A stretch of 14,132 nucleotides of DNA from Candidatus Bipolaricaulia bacterium (GTDB taxonomy: Bacteria; Bipolaricaulota; Bipolaricaulia; RBG-16-55-9): assembly GCA_042219045.1 (NCBI GenBank), contig JBDGQO010000028.1, positions 1 through 14,132 of the forward strand, written 5' to 3'. Below, piece by piece: positions 1 to 7,128 of this stretch (its first letter is position 1; each line of letters starts with the position of its first letter). The notes under the pieces were generated by a model. The model had not been told where the DNA came from. It ran no database searches and saw only the letters and a list, made by a program, of their open reading frames with translations. A program made the position numbers and the translations under genes.

Positions 1-96
1 AACGCAATAACAGCGGTATTTGCTATCAAGGTGGATCGTTTCTGTGAAACGCTTCATGCTTGACCATGGCGTTACAAGGATCAGCAGCGTGGCCTT

Positions 97-158
97 CTGA
101 CATCTCCTAAGCCAATCCTGAGGCTGCGAACATCGGTCGTTTGACAGGCTGCTACACT
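97..158 (+). promoter_or_regulatory. Putative promoter of the two-component operon: direct repeat TCCTAAG/TCCTGAG plus extended -10 (TG-c-TACACT)
   Basis: TCCTAAG at 105-111 and TCCTGAG at 116-122 (11-bp period), CTGAC at 97-101; TGcTACACT at 150-158. There is no clear SD before the ATG at 177. Confidence 0.4.
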
Positions 159-176
159 ATGATGGGCTCTTCATAC

Positions 177-866
177 ATGCGTATCTTAGTCGTCGAGGAC
201 GAAACAAAGCTAGCGAAAGCCCTCCAACGCGGTCTCTCCGAAGAGGGCTACGCCGTGGACCTCGCGTTCGACGGTCAAGACGGCTTGCACTGGGCCCGGA
301 CGCAAGCCTATGACCTGATCGTTCTCGATCTGATGATCCCGGAAGTTGAAGGCCTGGAATTGCTCAAGCTCATTCGGACCGAGGGTCAGCAAGTTCCGGT
401 GTTGGTGTTGACGGCTCGCGACGCGGTCGACGATCGCGTGAAGGGACTGGACACCGGCGCGGACGACTACCTCACGAAGCCGTTCGCCTTCGACGAGCTT
501 TTGGCCCGCGTTCGAGCGTTGCTGCGACGAGAGATATCAGCTTCCCCGAACCACCAGCTGCGGATCGCCGACCTTGAGCTCGATCGATTTACGCGCCAAG
601 TGTGGCGGAACGAGGAGCCGATTGAACTGACGGCCAAGGAGTTTGAGCTCTTGGAGTACTTCATGCAGAACGCCAATCGCGTCTTAAGCCGCACGCAATT
701 GAGCGAACACGTTTGGGGCGAATTCGACACCCTGACCAACGTGATCGACGTCTACATCCACCGTTTGCGCGAGAAGGTCGACGAAGGGTTCTCGCCGAAA
801 CTGCTGTACACGGTCCGCGGGGCCGGCTACGTCCTGAAAGATCCCCATCGAGATGCGACTGCTTAG
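177..866 (+). CDS. OmpR/PhoB-family DNA-binding response regulator (CusR/CzcR-like), ~229 aa
   Basis: MRILVVEDE receiver start, LIVLDLMIP phospho-Asp, LTARD, GADDYLTKPF; C-terminal winged helix LTAKEFELL...TNVIDVYIHRLREKVD...TVRGAGY. The ATG at 177 matches the family N-terminus. Confidence 0.96.
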   Translation: MRILVVEDETKLAKALQRGLSEEGYAVDLAFDGQDGLHWARTQAYDLIVLDLMIPEVEGLELLKLIRTEGQQVPVLVLTARDAVDDRVKGLDTGADDYLTKPFAFDELLARVRALLRREISASPNHQLRIADLELDRFTRQVWRNEEPIELTAKEFELLEYFMQNANRVLSRTQLSEHVWGEFDTLTNVIDVYIHRLREKVDEGFSPKLLYTVRGAGYVLKDPHRDATA

Positions 867-2286
867 CTCGATCCGTGGTCGCCTGACGCTGTGGTACGTC
901 CTCATCCTGGGCGTCATCCTCGTCGGATTCAGCGTGGCCGTCTACCTCCTCGTGCGGACCAGCCAGCTCCACGAGCTCGACACGGCGCTGCGTGCCACGG
1001 CCGATGTCCTGGAAGTCCGAACCCAAGGGCGGGGAAGCGGACTGGAGCTGGTCATGCCGCCCGACCACGAACTGCCCCTGCACAGCACCGTCTACTACCG
1101 CCTGGTGGGGTCCTCGGGGGAGGTCCTGGCCCAATCGGACGATCTTCCCCAACCCGTGTCGAATGCGATGGCCCCCGTCCAACAAGACCCGAGCCAGTCT
1201 GCCCCTCGGATCACGACCATGGCGCTCGGGAACGGACCCTCGTTGCGGATTCTCAGTCGCCCCCTCCATCCGGCCCCAGGAGCCGCTGATGCCGACGGGA
1301 CGCTCCAGGTGGCCACGTCGCTTGCGCCCCTTGAGGCGAGCCTCAGCCGCCTTCGGTTCTGGCTGATCGTGGTCGTGCCGGTGACGTTGCTGGTCACGAG
1401 CGTTGGCGGCGTGTTCGTGGCCAATCGGCTGCTCTCGCCGATCTCGTCTATGGTTGCAGAGGCTCAACACATCAGCACCGAACGACTCCATCGGCGCCTG
1501 CCCGTGCAAAACCCTGATGACGAGCTCGGCCAACTTGCTGAGACGCTCAACGACTTGTTCGATCGCCTGGAACGAGCGTTCAAACAGCAGCAGCGATTTA
1601 TCGCCGATGCCTCGCATGAGCTGCGGACGCCCTTGGCCTCCATGCGAGCCGAGATCGAGATCGCCCGCCGGCAGTCACGCACGAACGAAGCGTATCGAGA
1701 GCTACTGGACAGCCTGCTCGAGGAAACCGAACATCTGGCCAACATGGTCGAGCATCTGCTGATGCTGGCCCAGAGCGATGCCGGCGAACTGACCGTTCAT
1801 GGGGCGGAGTTCGACCTCGGCACGCTCTGCCTTCGGGCTTACGAGCGACTCGTTCCACTGGCCAAGCAGCGAGGAGTCTCGCTGTCGATGCAGAACGCGG
1901 AGCGCGTTCCGGTACGCGGCGACGCGGATCTGCTCGAGCACGTCCTCTTCATTCTCGTGGACAATTCGATCAAGTTCACTGGAGAGGATGGGCACGTGGA
2001 GATCGCGTACGGCTCCGAAGCCACGGGGGCGTTTGTCGAGGTTCGAGACAACGGGCCAGGCATCCCGGCTGAGCACCAATCACACCTGTTTGAGCGTTTC
2101 TATCGGGTCGACTCATCTCGGTCCCGCCACGCGGTCGGCTCCGGCGCCGGGCTGGGGCTCTCGATCGCCCAAAGCATCGTGGACGCCCATGGGGGGACAA
2201 TCGAGATCGACTCGGCGCCGGGGCAGGGCAGCACCTTCCGTTTTCACCTTCCGTTGTCCAAGGCCACGGAGATTAACAGCGCTTAA
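853..2286 (+). CDS. Membrane sensor histidine kinase (2 TM, HAMP, HisKA, HATPase_c), heavy-metal-sensor-like
   Basis: Two hydrophobic TM segments, HAMP (DELGQLAETLN), H-box FIADASHELRTPL, N-box ILVDNSIKF, G1 VRDNGPGI, F-box LFERFYRVD, G2 GAGLGLSIA. Overlaps the regulator by 14 nt. Confidence 0.96.
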   Translation: MRLLSSIRGRLTLWYVLILGVILVGFSVAVYLLVRTSQLHELDTALRATADVLEVRTQGRGSGLELVMPPDHELPLHSTVYYRLVGSSGEVLAQSDDLPQPVSNAMAPVQQDPSQSAPRITTMALGNGPSLRILSRPLHPAPGAADADGTLQVATSLAPLEASLSRLRFWLIVVVPVTLLVTSVGGVFVANRLLSPISSMVAEAQHISTERLHRRLPVQNPDDELGQLAETLNDLFDRLERAFKQQQRFIADASHELRTPLASMRAEIEIARRQSRTNEAYRELLDSLLEETEHLANMVEHLLMLAQSDAGELTVHGAEFDLGTLCLRAYERLVPLAKQRGVSLSMQNAERVPVRGDADLLEHVLFILVDNSIKFTGEDGHVEIAYGSEATGAFVEVRDNGPGIPAEHQSHLFERFYRVDSSRSRHAVGSGAGLGLSIAQSIVDAHGGTIEIDSAPGQGSTFRFHLPLSKATEINSA

Positions 2287-2326
2287 TGAGTCATTAAGCT
2301 GGCATTAAGCCGGTCGTTGATAGCAT
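2273..2326 (+). promoter_or_regulatory. Phased TTAA boxes (OmpR-family-type binding site) plus extended -10
   Basis: TTAA at 2273, 2283, 2294 and 2305 (spacing 10/11/11); palindrome CTTAATGA-g-TCATTAAG at 2282-2298; TG-a-TAGCAT at 2318-2326. AT-rich patch in GC-rich DNA. Confidence 0.7.
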
Positions 2327-2398
2327 TGGCCCCGTGATGGCCTCGTCCATCGATCGCAACAGGACAGACGGACACACGACGACTGGGAGGCTCGGTCG

Positions 2399-2890
2399 AT
2401 GCCAGTGAACATGACGCTACCTGCCAAGAAGCTGGAGCTGATCAAGCGGTCGGGCGAGACGGAACCCTTTACTCGGGACAAGCTCGTGGCGTCCATTGAG
2501 CGCGCGGGCGGCAGCCCCCGTCTGGCCCACGAGGTGCTGGCCGACCTGGTCTTCCATCCGGATATGACGACCGACGAACTCCGCCGGCTCGTCGCCCACC
2601 ACTTACAGGAAAAGGACCCGGCCCTTGCCCAACGCTATCGCCAGACCCATACGTTCTGGGCCCATTCTCACACCTCGTTGACGTGCGACACGGCCTGCCT
2701 GAATCCTCAAACGATCTATCGGCTGGGGCTTGACGACGGGGACTATGTGCAAGTCATTCATGGCAATCGACACTACCGGGTCCCCGTCGAGTCGCACAGG
2801 CAAGTATCGCCGCATGAAATCATCCTCTTGCCTCAGACATTGGAGATCCTGCAAGCCCTGGTCGGAACTCGGGTGGCGGTCAAATGCTAG
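2399..2890 (+). CDS. ATP-cone domain protein with C-terminal double-psi beta-barrel-like domain, 163 aa
   Basis: SD GGGAGG at 2385-2390. LIKRSGETEPFTRDKLVASI...TTDELRRLV matches the ATP-cone signature. Pseudo-repeats LNPQTIYRLGLDDGDYVQV / LLPQTLEILQALVGTRVAV resemble DPBB halves (CDC48-N / molybdopterin-dinucleotide-binding type). Confidence 0.8.
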   Translation: MPVNMTLPAKKLELIKRSGETEPFTRDKLVASIERAGGSPRLAHEVLADLVFHPDMTTDELRRLVAHHLQEKDPALAQRYRQTHTFWAHSHTSLTCDTACLNPQTIYRLGLDDGDYVQVIHGNRHYRVPVESHRQVSPHEIILLPQTLEILQALVGTRVAVKC

Positions 2891-2962
2891 GCGCTCCGTC
2901 AGCGAGGCCAACGGGGGGCCATACCGAGATCCTCTTCCATCCCCGGCGTTCGCCTCGGTCGA

Positions 2963-3308
2963 TCGCGGAGTCCTCCCCAGAGACGACGGGCCACCCCCTC
3001 CACCCTGTCGGTGTTGTGCCTACTCCTCGTGTTGGTGGACCAAGCACCGCAAGTTCACGCTGGTCACTTGACGGAGGACTCCGCGAACCCCCTCTGGACC
3101 ATCGCTATCCTTGCCCGTCGTCACACGGCGCTCGGCATGTCCGTTGCCACCTGGGCTTGAGTGAGGTGCCCCCCTCCGAGAAGCGAGCTGCGGGGCCCCA
3201 TCGTCATGATGCGAGTGCGTCCCCATCTTGAACCGGCGTTCTGCGCACTCCCGTGAGGTGTCGGAGCATTGACCCTCTCGCCGGCACGGGGGCTCCGCAG
3301 CCAGCTTC
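2963..3308 (+). repeat. Two diverged ~120-nt stem-closed non-coding units (candidate structured RNA or miniature repeat)
   Basis: Unit 1: perfect 14-bp IR, 2963-2976 with 3073-3086. Unit 2: 13-bp stem, 3187-3199 with 3289-3301, one G-U, extended by GAAGC (3180-3184) / GCTTC (3304-3308). The interiors of the two units align by eye. Confidence 0.55.
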
Positions 3309-3330
3309 AAACGCTTGGGGTAGGGTTGGC

Positions 3331-4764
3331 ATGGAGCGACAGACCCGAATTCTGACGGTGCTGTTCGTCGGCGTGCTCATGGGCGCGCTCGATATCGCTG
3401 TCATCGGCCCGGCGCTTCCGGCCATCGGGGCGGAGTTCGACATCGAGGCCCGGGCGCTCAGTTGGGCCGTGACGATCTACGTCCTCTTCAACCTTGTCGG
3501 GACGCCGCTGTTGGCCAAGCTCTCGGACCGCTTCGGGCGCCGCTGGGTGTTTTCGACCAACGTCGGTCTGTTCGCGCTGGGATCCCTGGGCGTCGCTCTC
3601 GCCCCGGGATTTGCCGGCCTCCTGGCGGGCCGCGCCGTGCAAGGCTTCGGCGCCGGGGGCATCTTCCCCGTGGCCAGCGCCGTGATCGGCGACGTCTTCC
3701 CCGCAGATCGCCGCGGGCAGGCGCTCGGGATGCTCGGGGCCGTCTTCGGCCTCGCGTTCCTCATCGGTCCGATCCTGGGCGGGGTTCTTCTACCCGTCTC
3801 CTGGCGACTGCTCTTTCTGGTCAATCTCCCCGTCGCGATCGGGCTGATCCTGGCCGGGATCGCCGTACTCCCGTCGCCGTCGACGCGGACCGACCGGCCC
3901 CTTCGACCGCCGTTCGACGCGGCCGGCACGCTCACGCTGGGCCTCATCTTGGCGGGGTTGGCCATCGGCCTCGATCAACTCGACACCGGCCAATTGGCCA
4001 ACTCCTTGACCTCGCCTTGGGTCTGGCCGTTCCTCGCCATCGCTGCCCTCCTGCTTCCCTACTTCCCACGCGTCGAGCGGCGCGCGCGCGACCCGGTATT
4101 CCCCATCGAGCTGCTCGCCGCCCGGGAGACCCGCACGGCGAGCCTGCTGGCGATCGGCGGCGGATTTCTCGAAGGGGCGCTCGTTTTCATTCCGGCCATG
4201 GTGACTGTGGCATTCGGGGTGACGACCTCAACGGCGAGCTTCATGCTCCTGCCGGCTGTGGGGGCCATGGGACTGGGGGCGCCGTTGGCCGGGCGAGCTT
4301 TGGACCGCGTTGGCGCCAAGCGGGTCCTGCTCGTCGGGACGGGCCTGCTGACGGTGGCTTTGTCGCTGCTGGCTGTGGTTCCGCTGACGCAGCCGACGTT
4401 CGTCGCGCTGACCATCGGGCTCGGATTGGGACTGTCCGCGCTCATTGGGGCCCCGGTCCGGTACGTCATGCTGGAGCACGTCTCCGAATCGGCCCGAGCA
4501 AGCGCTCAAGGGGCGATCAGCATGCTGACCCGAATCGGCCTGCTCACCAGCAGTGCCGCCGTGGGCGCGCTCGTCGCCTCGCATGACGGGCTGGGCGGTT
4601 TTCGCGCGGCTTATCTGGTGAGCGCCGGCCTGTGCCTCGTCCTGTTGATCGTCACGGGGTTCCGATTGGCGGGCATAACGGACCGTGCTGAGCCGTCGGC
4701 GGAGCGCCAGCCGCATCAAGGAACTCGAGCGCGTCGTTATTCCAAGGGAGGAGGTGTGTCGTAG
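3331..4764 (+). CDS. MFS transporter, DHA2/EmrB-QacA-like drug:H+ antiporter, ~477 aa
   Basis: LFVGVLMGALDIAVIGPALP (motif D1), KLSDRFGRR (motif A), GRAVQGFGAGG (motif B), GPILGG (motif C); about 14 hydrophobic segments. Start set at ATG 3331. Confidence 0.93.
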   Translation: MERQTRILTVLFVGVLMGALDIAVIGPALPAIGAEFDIEARALSWAVTIYVLFNLVGTPLLAKLSDRFGRRWVFSTNVGLFALGSLGVALAPGFAGLLAGRAVQGFGAGGIFPVASAVIGDVFPADRRGQALGMLGAVFGLAFLIGPILGGVLLPVSWRLLFLVNLPVAIGLILAGIAVLPSPSTRTDRPLRPPFDAAGTLTLGLILAGLAIGLDQLDTGQLANSLTSPWVWPFLAIAALLLPYFPRVERRARDPVFPIELLAARETRTASLLAIGGGFLEGALVFIPAMVTVAFGVTTSTASFMLLPAVGAMGLGAPLAGRALDRVGAKRVLLVGTGLLTVALSLLAVVPLTQPTFVALTIGLGLGLSALIGAPVRYVMLEHVSESARASAQGAISMLTRIGLLTSSAAVGALVASHDGLGGFRAAYLVSAGLCLVLLIVTGFRLAGITDRAEPSAERQPHQGTRARRYSKGGGVS

Positions 4765-4856
4765 TGTCGGGCGATCTCGTCATCAAGCTGATCATGGTGC
4801 TGTTTCTGATCGGATTCGGCGTCTTTGTCACGCTGGATGCCAAGCGCCGCGTCTGA
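4764..4856 (+). CDS. Small single-pass membrane protein, 30 aa (MSGDLVIKLIMVLFLIGFGVFVTLDAKRRV)
   Basis: Strong SD AGGAGGT at 4749-4755, 8 nt before a GTG that overlaps the MFS stop (TAGTG). GC3-rich codons, one hydrophobic helix and a basic KRR tail. Too short for the ORF track. Confidence 0.75.
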   Translation: MSGDLVIKLIMVLFLIGFGVFVTLDAKRRV

Positions 4857-4909
4857 CCGACTGACAACCCTTCAAGCAGGGGCCGAAACCGGATCTCGGA
4901 GGTATCTAA

Positions 4910-5605
4910 ATGCGTACGGACACAGAACGGGACCAGCGCGGGCGAGTCCAAGCCGATCTCGACCTCACGAACGCCCTGGATCGGGTCGGCTGGCAGACCC
5001 GCGTCGGCCGCGGCCAACCGATCTACCGAGATGGGACGGAAGCAACCTGGCTCTATCGGGTCGATGCCGGGGCCGTGAAAGTCGTTCGGCACTCCTCGCA
5101 ATCCCTCAAGCCCTTGATCCTCGACATCCGGGGCCCAGGCGAGTTCCTCGGTTTTGAGGGCCTGTTCGCCGAACGGACCCATCCCGAATCTGCTTGGGCC
5201 CTGGCGGCGACGCGGTTGACCTGTGTCCCGCAAGGGGCGTGTCGCTCGCTTATGCTCAGGCATGCGGACCTGCTCTATCGGATGATGGAGCAGGTCTATC
5301 GGATCAACGAGCAGCTCCAGGATCGACTCGTCGCCTTCGCTTATGACGAGGGCAATGCGCGCCTGGCCCAGCTGTTACTCCATCTGAATCGGAAGTTCGG
5401 TCAGCCGAGAGCCAACGGCGAGCATCTCATCGACTTGCCGCTTCAGCATCGGGACCTGGCCGAGTTCAGCGGGTTGCGCTCCGAGACCGTCAGCCGCATC
5501 CTGACGGGGCTGAGGTCCGGAGGCGTTCTGGGATCGCAGCGGTCCCGGCTCGTGATCCGCGACCTGACGGCTTTGCAGCAGTGCGCCGATGATTCCAACA
5601 TCTGA
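4910..5605 (+). CDS. Crp/Fnr-family transcriptional regulator
   Basis: SD GGAGGT upstream; cNMP-binding fold (IYRDG..A..LYRVDAGAVKV, GPGEFLG); C-terminal HTH LQHRDLAEFSGLRSETVSRIL. Confidence 0.93.
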   Translation: MRTDTERDQRGRVQADLDLTNALDRVGWQTRVGRGQPIYRDGTEATWLYRVDAGAVKVVRHSSQSLKPLILDIRGPGEFLGFEGLFAERTHPESAWALAATRLTCVPQGACRSLMLRHADLLYRMMEQVYRINEQLQDRLVAFAYDEGNARLAQLLLHLNRKFGQPRANGEHLIDLPLQHRDLAEFSGLRSETVSRILTGLRSGGVLGSQRSRLVIRDLTALQQCADDSNI

Positions 5606-5613
5606 GGCGACCT

Positions 5614-6915
5614 ATGAACGATCCGGCCCACGACCATCGCCGCTCCAGCCGCATGGCCGGCCTCATCGGCAACGTCATGGAGTGGTACGACTTCGCGCTC
5701 TTCGGCTACTTCGCCCCGTTTATCTCCGATCTGTTCTTCCCCGGCGGAGGCGGCCTCAGCTCGTTGTTGGCGACGTGGGGCATCTTCGCCGGCGGCTTCC
5801 TGATGCGACCCGTTGGAGCGGTCCTGTTCGGCACGATCGGCGACCGGATCAGCCGTCGCCGCGTGCTGGTGCTGTCGGTGGTGTTGATGGTCGTGCCGAC
5901 GTTCACCCTTGGACTCATTCCCACATTCTCCGCCATCGGCGTCGCGGCGCCGATTCTGCTCACGCTCGTTCGATTGATTCAGGGATTGTCCGTCGGCGGC
6001 GAGTTCAGCGGGTCCGTGACGTATATGGTCGAGACCGCCCCCGCCAATCGTCGCGGTTGGGCCGGCAGTTGGGCCAACGTCGGCAGCATGGGCGGCATGC
6101 TGCTCGGCTCGGGGCTTGCGTCGTTGGTGACGACGCTGCTGCCCACGCCGGCGGTGCAGTCCTGGGGCTGGCGGCTGCCGTTCCTGTTGGGCGCAGCCCT
6201 CGGCATCTATGCCTACACGCAAGTGCGCCAACTCCACGAATCCCACATGACGCATCGCGAGCAGACCCACCGGGCGCGATCCCCACTGCACGAGGCACTG
6301 ACAAGGGATCGCTGGAAGACGATTCAGGCCGTGCTGTTCGCCTCGGGCTATGGCGTCATCTTCTACATCCCGCTCGTCTACCTGCCCGACTACATCAACC
6401 GCTTTACCGACATGGCGCTGGCGATCGCGATGCAGATCAACACCGTCGCGACCGTGTTGATCATGGGGCTGGTGCCCGTCACGGCTTGGATCTCGGACCG
6501 CTGGGTGCCGCGGCGCTATCTCATCGCCGGGGCGTTCGCGGTCATGGCCGCCCTGAGCGCGCTGTTGTTCGGCCTGCTCCAGACCGGGGCGACGGGAGCC
6601 GTGGCCGCGGCCCAGCTCGTCTTCGCCGTGTTGATCGCCGTCCCCTTGGGCGTCGCACCCGCGCTGCTCGTGGAGCTGTTCCATCGCGTTGATCGATTGA
6701 CCGGCTACTCCATCGCCTACAACATCGGCCTCGGCGTGGTCGGCGGGACGACGCCGATGGTCGTGACCGCGCTTATCGAGACGCTCGGCACACCCTATGC
6801 GCCCGCGTTTTACCTCATGGGTTGGGCGATTGTTGCGACCGTCGCGCTGCTGTTCATGCGACCAGCCATGGTGAGCACCCCCGAATCGGCGGTCTTCGAT
6901 GCCCCGTCACCGTGA
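5614..6915 (+). CDS. MFS transporter, MHS (ProP-like metabolite:H+ symporter) family
   Basis: GNVMEWYDFALFGYFA, FLMRPVGAVLFGTIGDRISRR, RLIQGLSVGGEFSG, WGWRLPFLLG, GGTTP. Confidence 0.94.
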   Translation: MNDPAHDHRRSSRMAGLIGNVMEWYDFALFGYFAPFISDLFFPGGGGLSSLLATWGIFAGGFLMRPVGAVLFGTIGDRISRRRVLVLSVVLMVVPTFTLGLIPTFSAIGVAAPILLTLVRLIQGLSVGGEFSGSVTYMVETAPANRRGWAGSWANVGSMGGMLLGSGLASLVTTLLPTPAVQSWGWRLPFLLGAALGIYAYTQVRQLHESHMTHREQTHRARSPLHEALTRDRWKTIQAVLFASGYGVIFYIPLVYLPDYINRFTDMALAIAMQINTVATVLIMGLVPVTAWISDRWVPRRYLIAGAFAVMAALSALLFGLLQTGATGAVAAAQLVFAVLIAVPLGVAPALLVELFHRVDRLTGYSIAYNIGLGVVGGTTPMVVTALIETLGTPYAPAFYLMGWAIVATVALLFMRPAMVSTPESAVFDAPSP

Positions 6916-6922
6916 TAGCCTT

Positions 6923-7031
6923 TTTGCGCTGCTGCCCTTTGACCTGATTCCCGATCTCTATTCCGGTTCTCGGTCAACTGGGCAATGCCGTCATTCTGCC
7001 CTTGCTCGTGATGGTCGCTTTCCAGCGCTAG
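6923..7031 (+). pseudogene. Frameshifted fragment of a DUF1232 (YkvA-family) membrane protein gene
   Basis: Frame from 6923 reads FALLPFDLIPDL. After one extra base (~6959), the frame from 6960 reads IPVLGQLGNAVILPLLVMVAFQR*. This matches the P.DLIPD.IP.LG.LDD motif with DD changed to GN. The 5' part is missing. Confidence 0.75.
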
Positions 7032-7053
7032 TCCCACGAAAGAAGGATCTATC

Positions 7054-7128
7054 ATGACCGTTCGGATTACATACTGCCAACCATGCCGATTCTACGGCCA
7101 AGTGCTGAACGATTTGCAGAGCCTATAA
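7054..7128 (+). pseudogene. Truncated SelT/SelW/SelH (Rdx)-family CxxC protein gene
   Basis: SD AAGGA at 7043-7047. MTVRITYCQPCRFYGQVLNDLQSL* resembles the Rdx N-terminus (V.I.YCxxC). Its TAA overlaps the first base of the mobile-element left IR. Confidence 0.65.

Noticed and set aside
37..57. LacI-type near-palindrome TGAAACGCTTCA overlapping CGTTTC-tgt-GAAACG
   Set aside because: At the window edge, no LacI gene in view, and it may lie in the tail of an upstream ORF (frame 1 is open to 63). Not supportable.
141..146. Perfect TTGACA -35 and TTG start of the 241-aa ORF
   Set aside because: No -10 at 16-18 bp spacing (TACACT is 6 bp away, TATGAT 11 bp). Family homology starts at ATG 177.
2987..3004. 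Minus-strand GGTGGAGGGGGTGGCCCG resembling the SAM-I riboswitch P2 region
   Set aside because: The other SAM-I elements (ATC...GAT P1, GCAACC, GTGC pseudoknot strand) are absent, and no minus-strand gene lies downstream.
2884..3310. ORFs 2884-3231 (+) and 3020-3310 (-) in the intergenic gap
   Set aside because: No SD, Pro/Arg/Ser-rich low-information translations and no recognisable motif. The region is better explained as non-coding structure.
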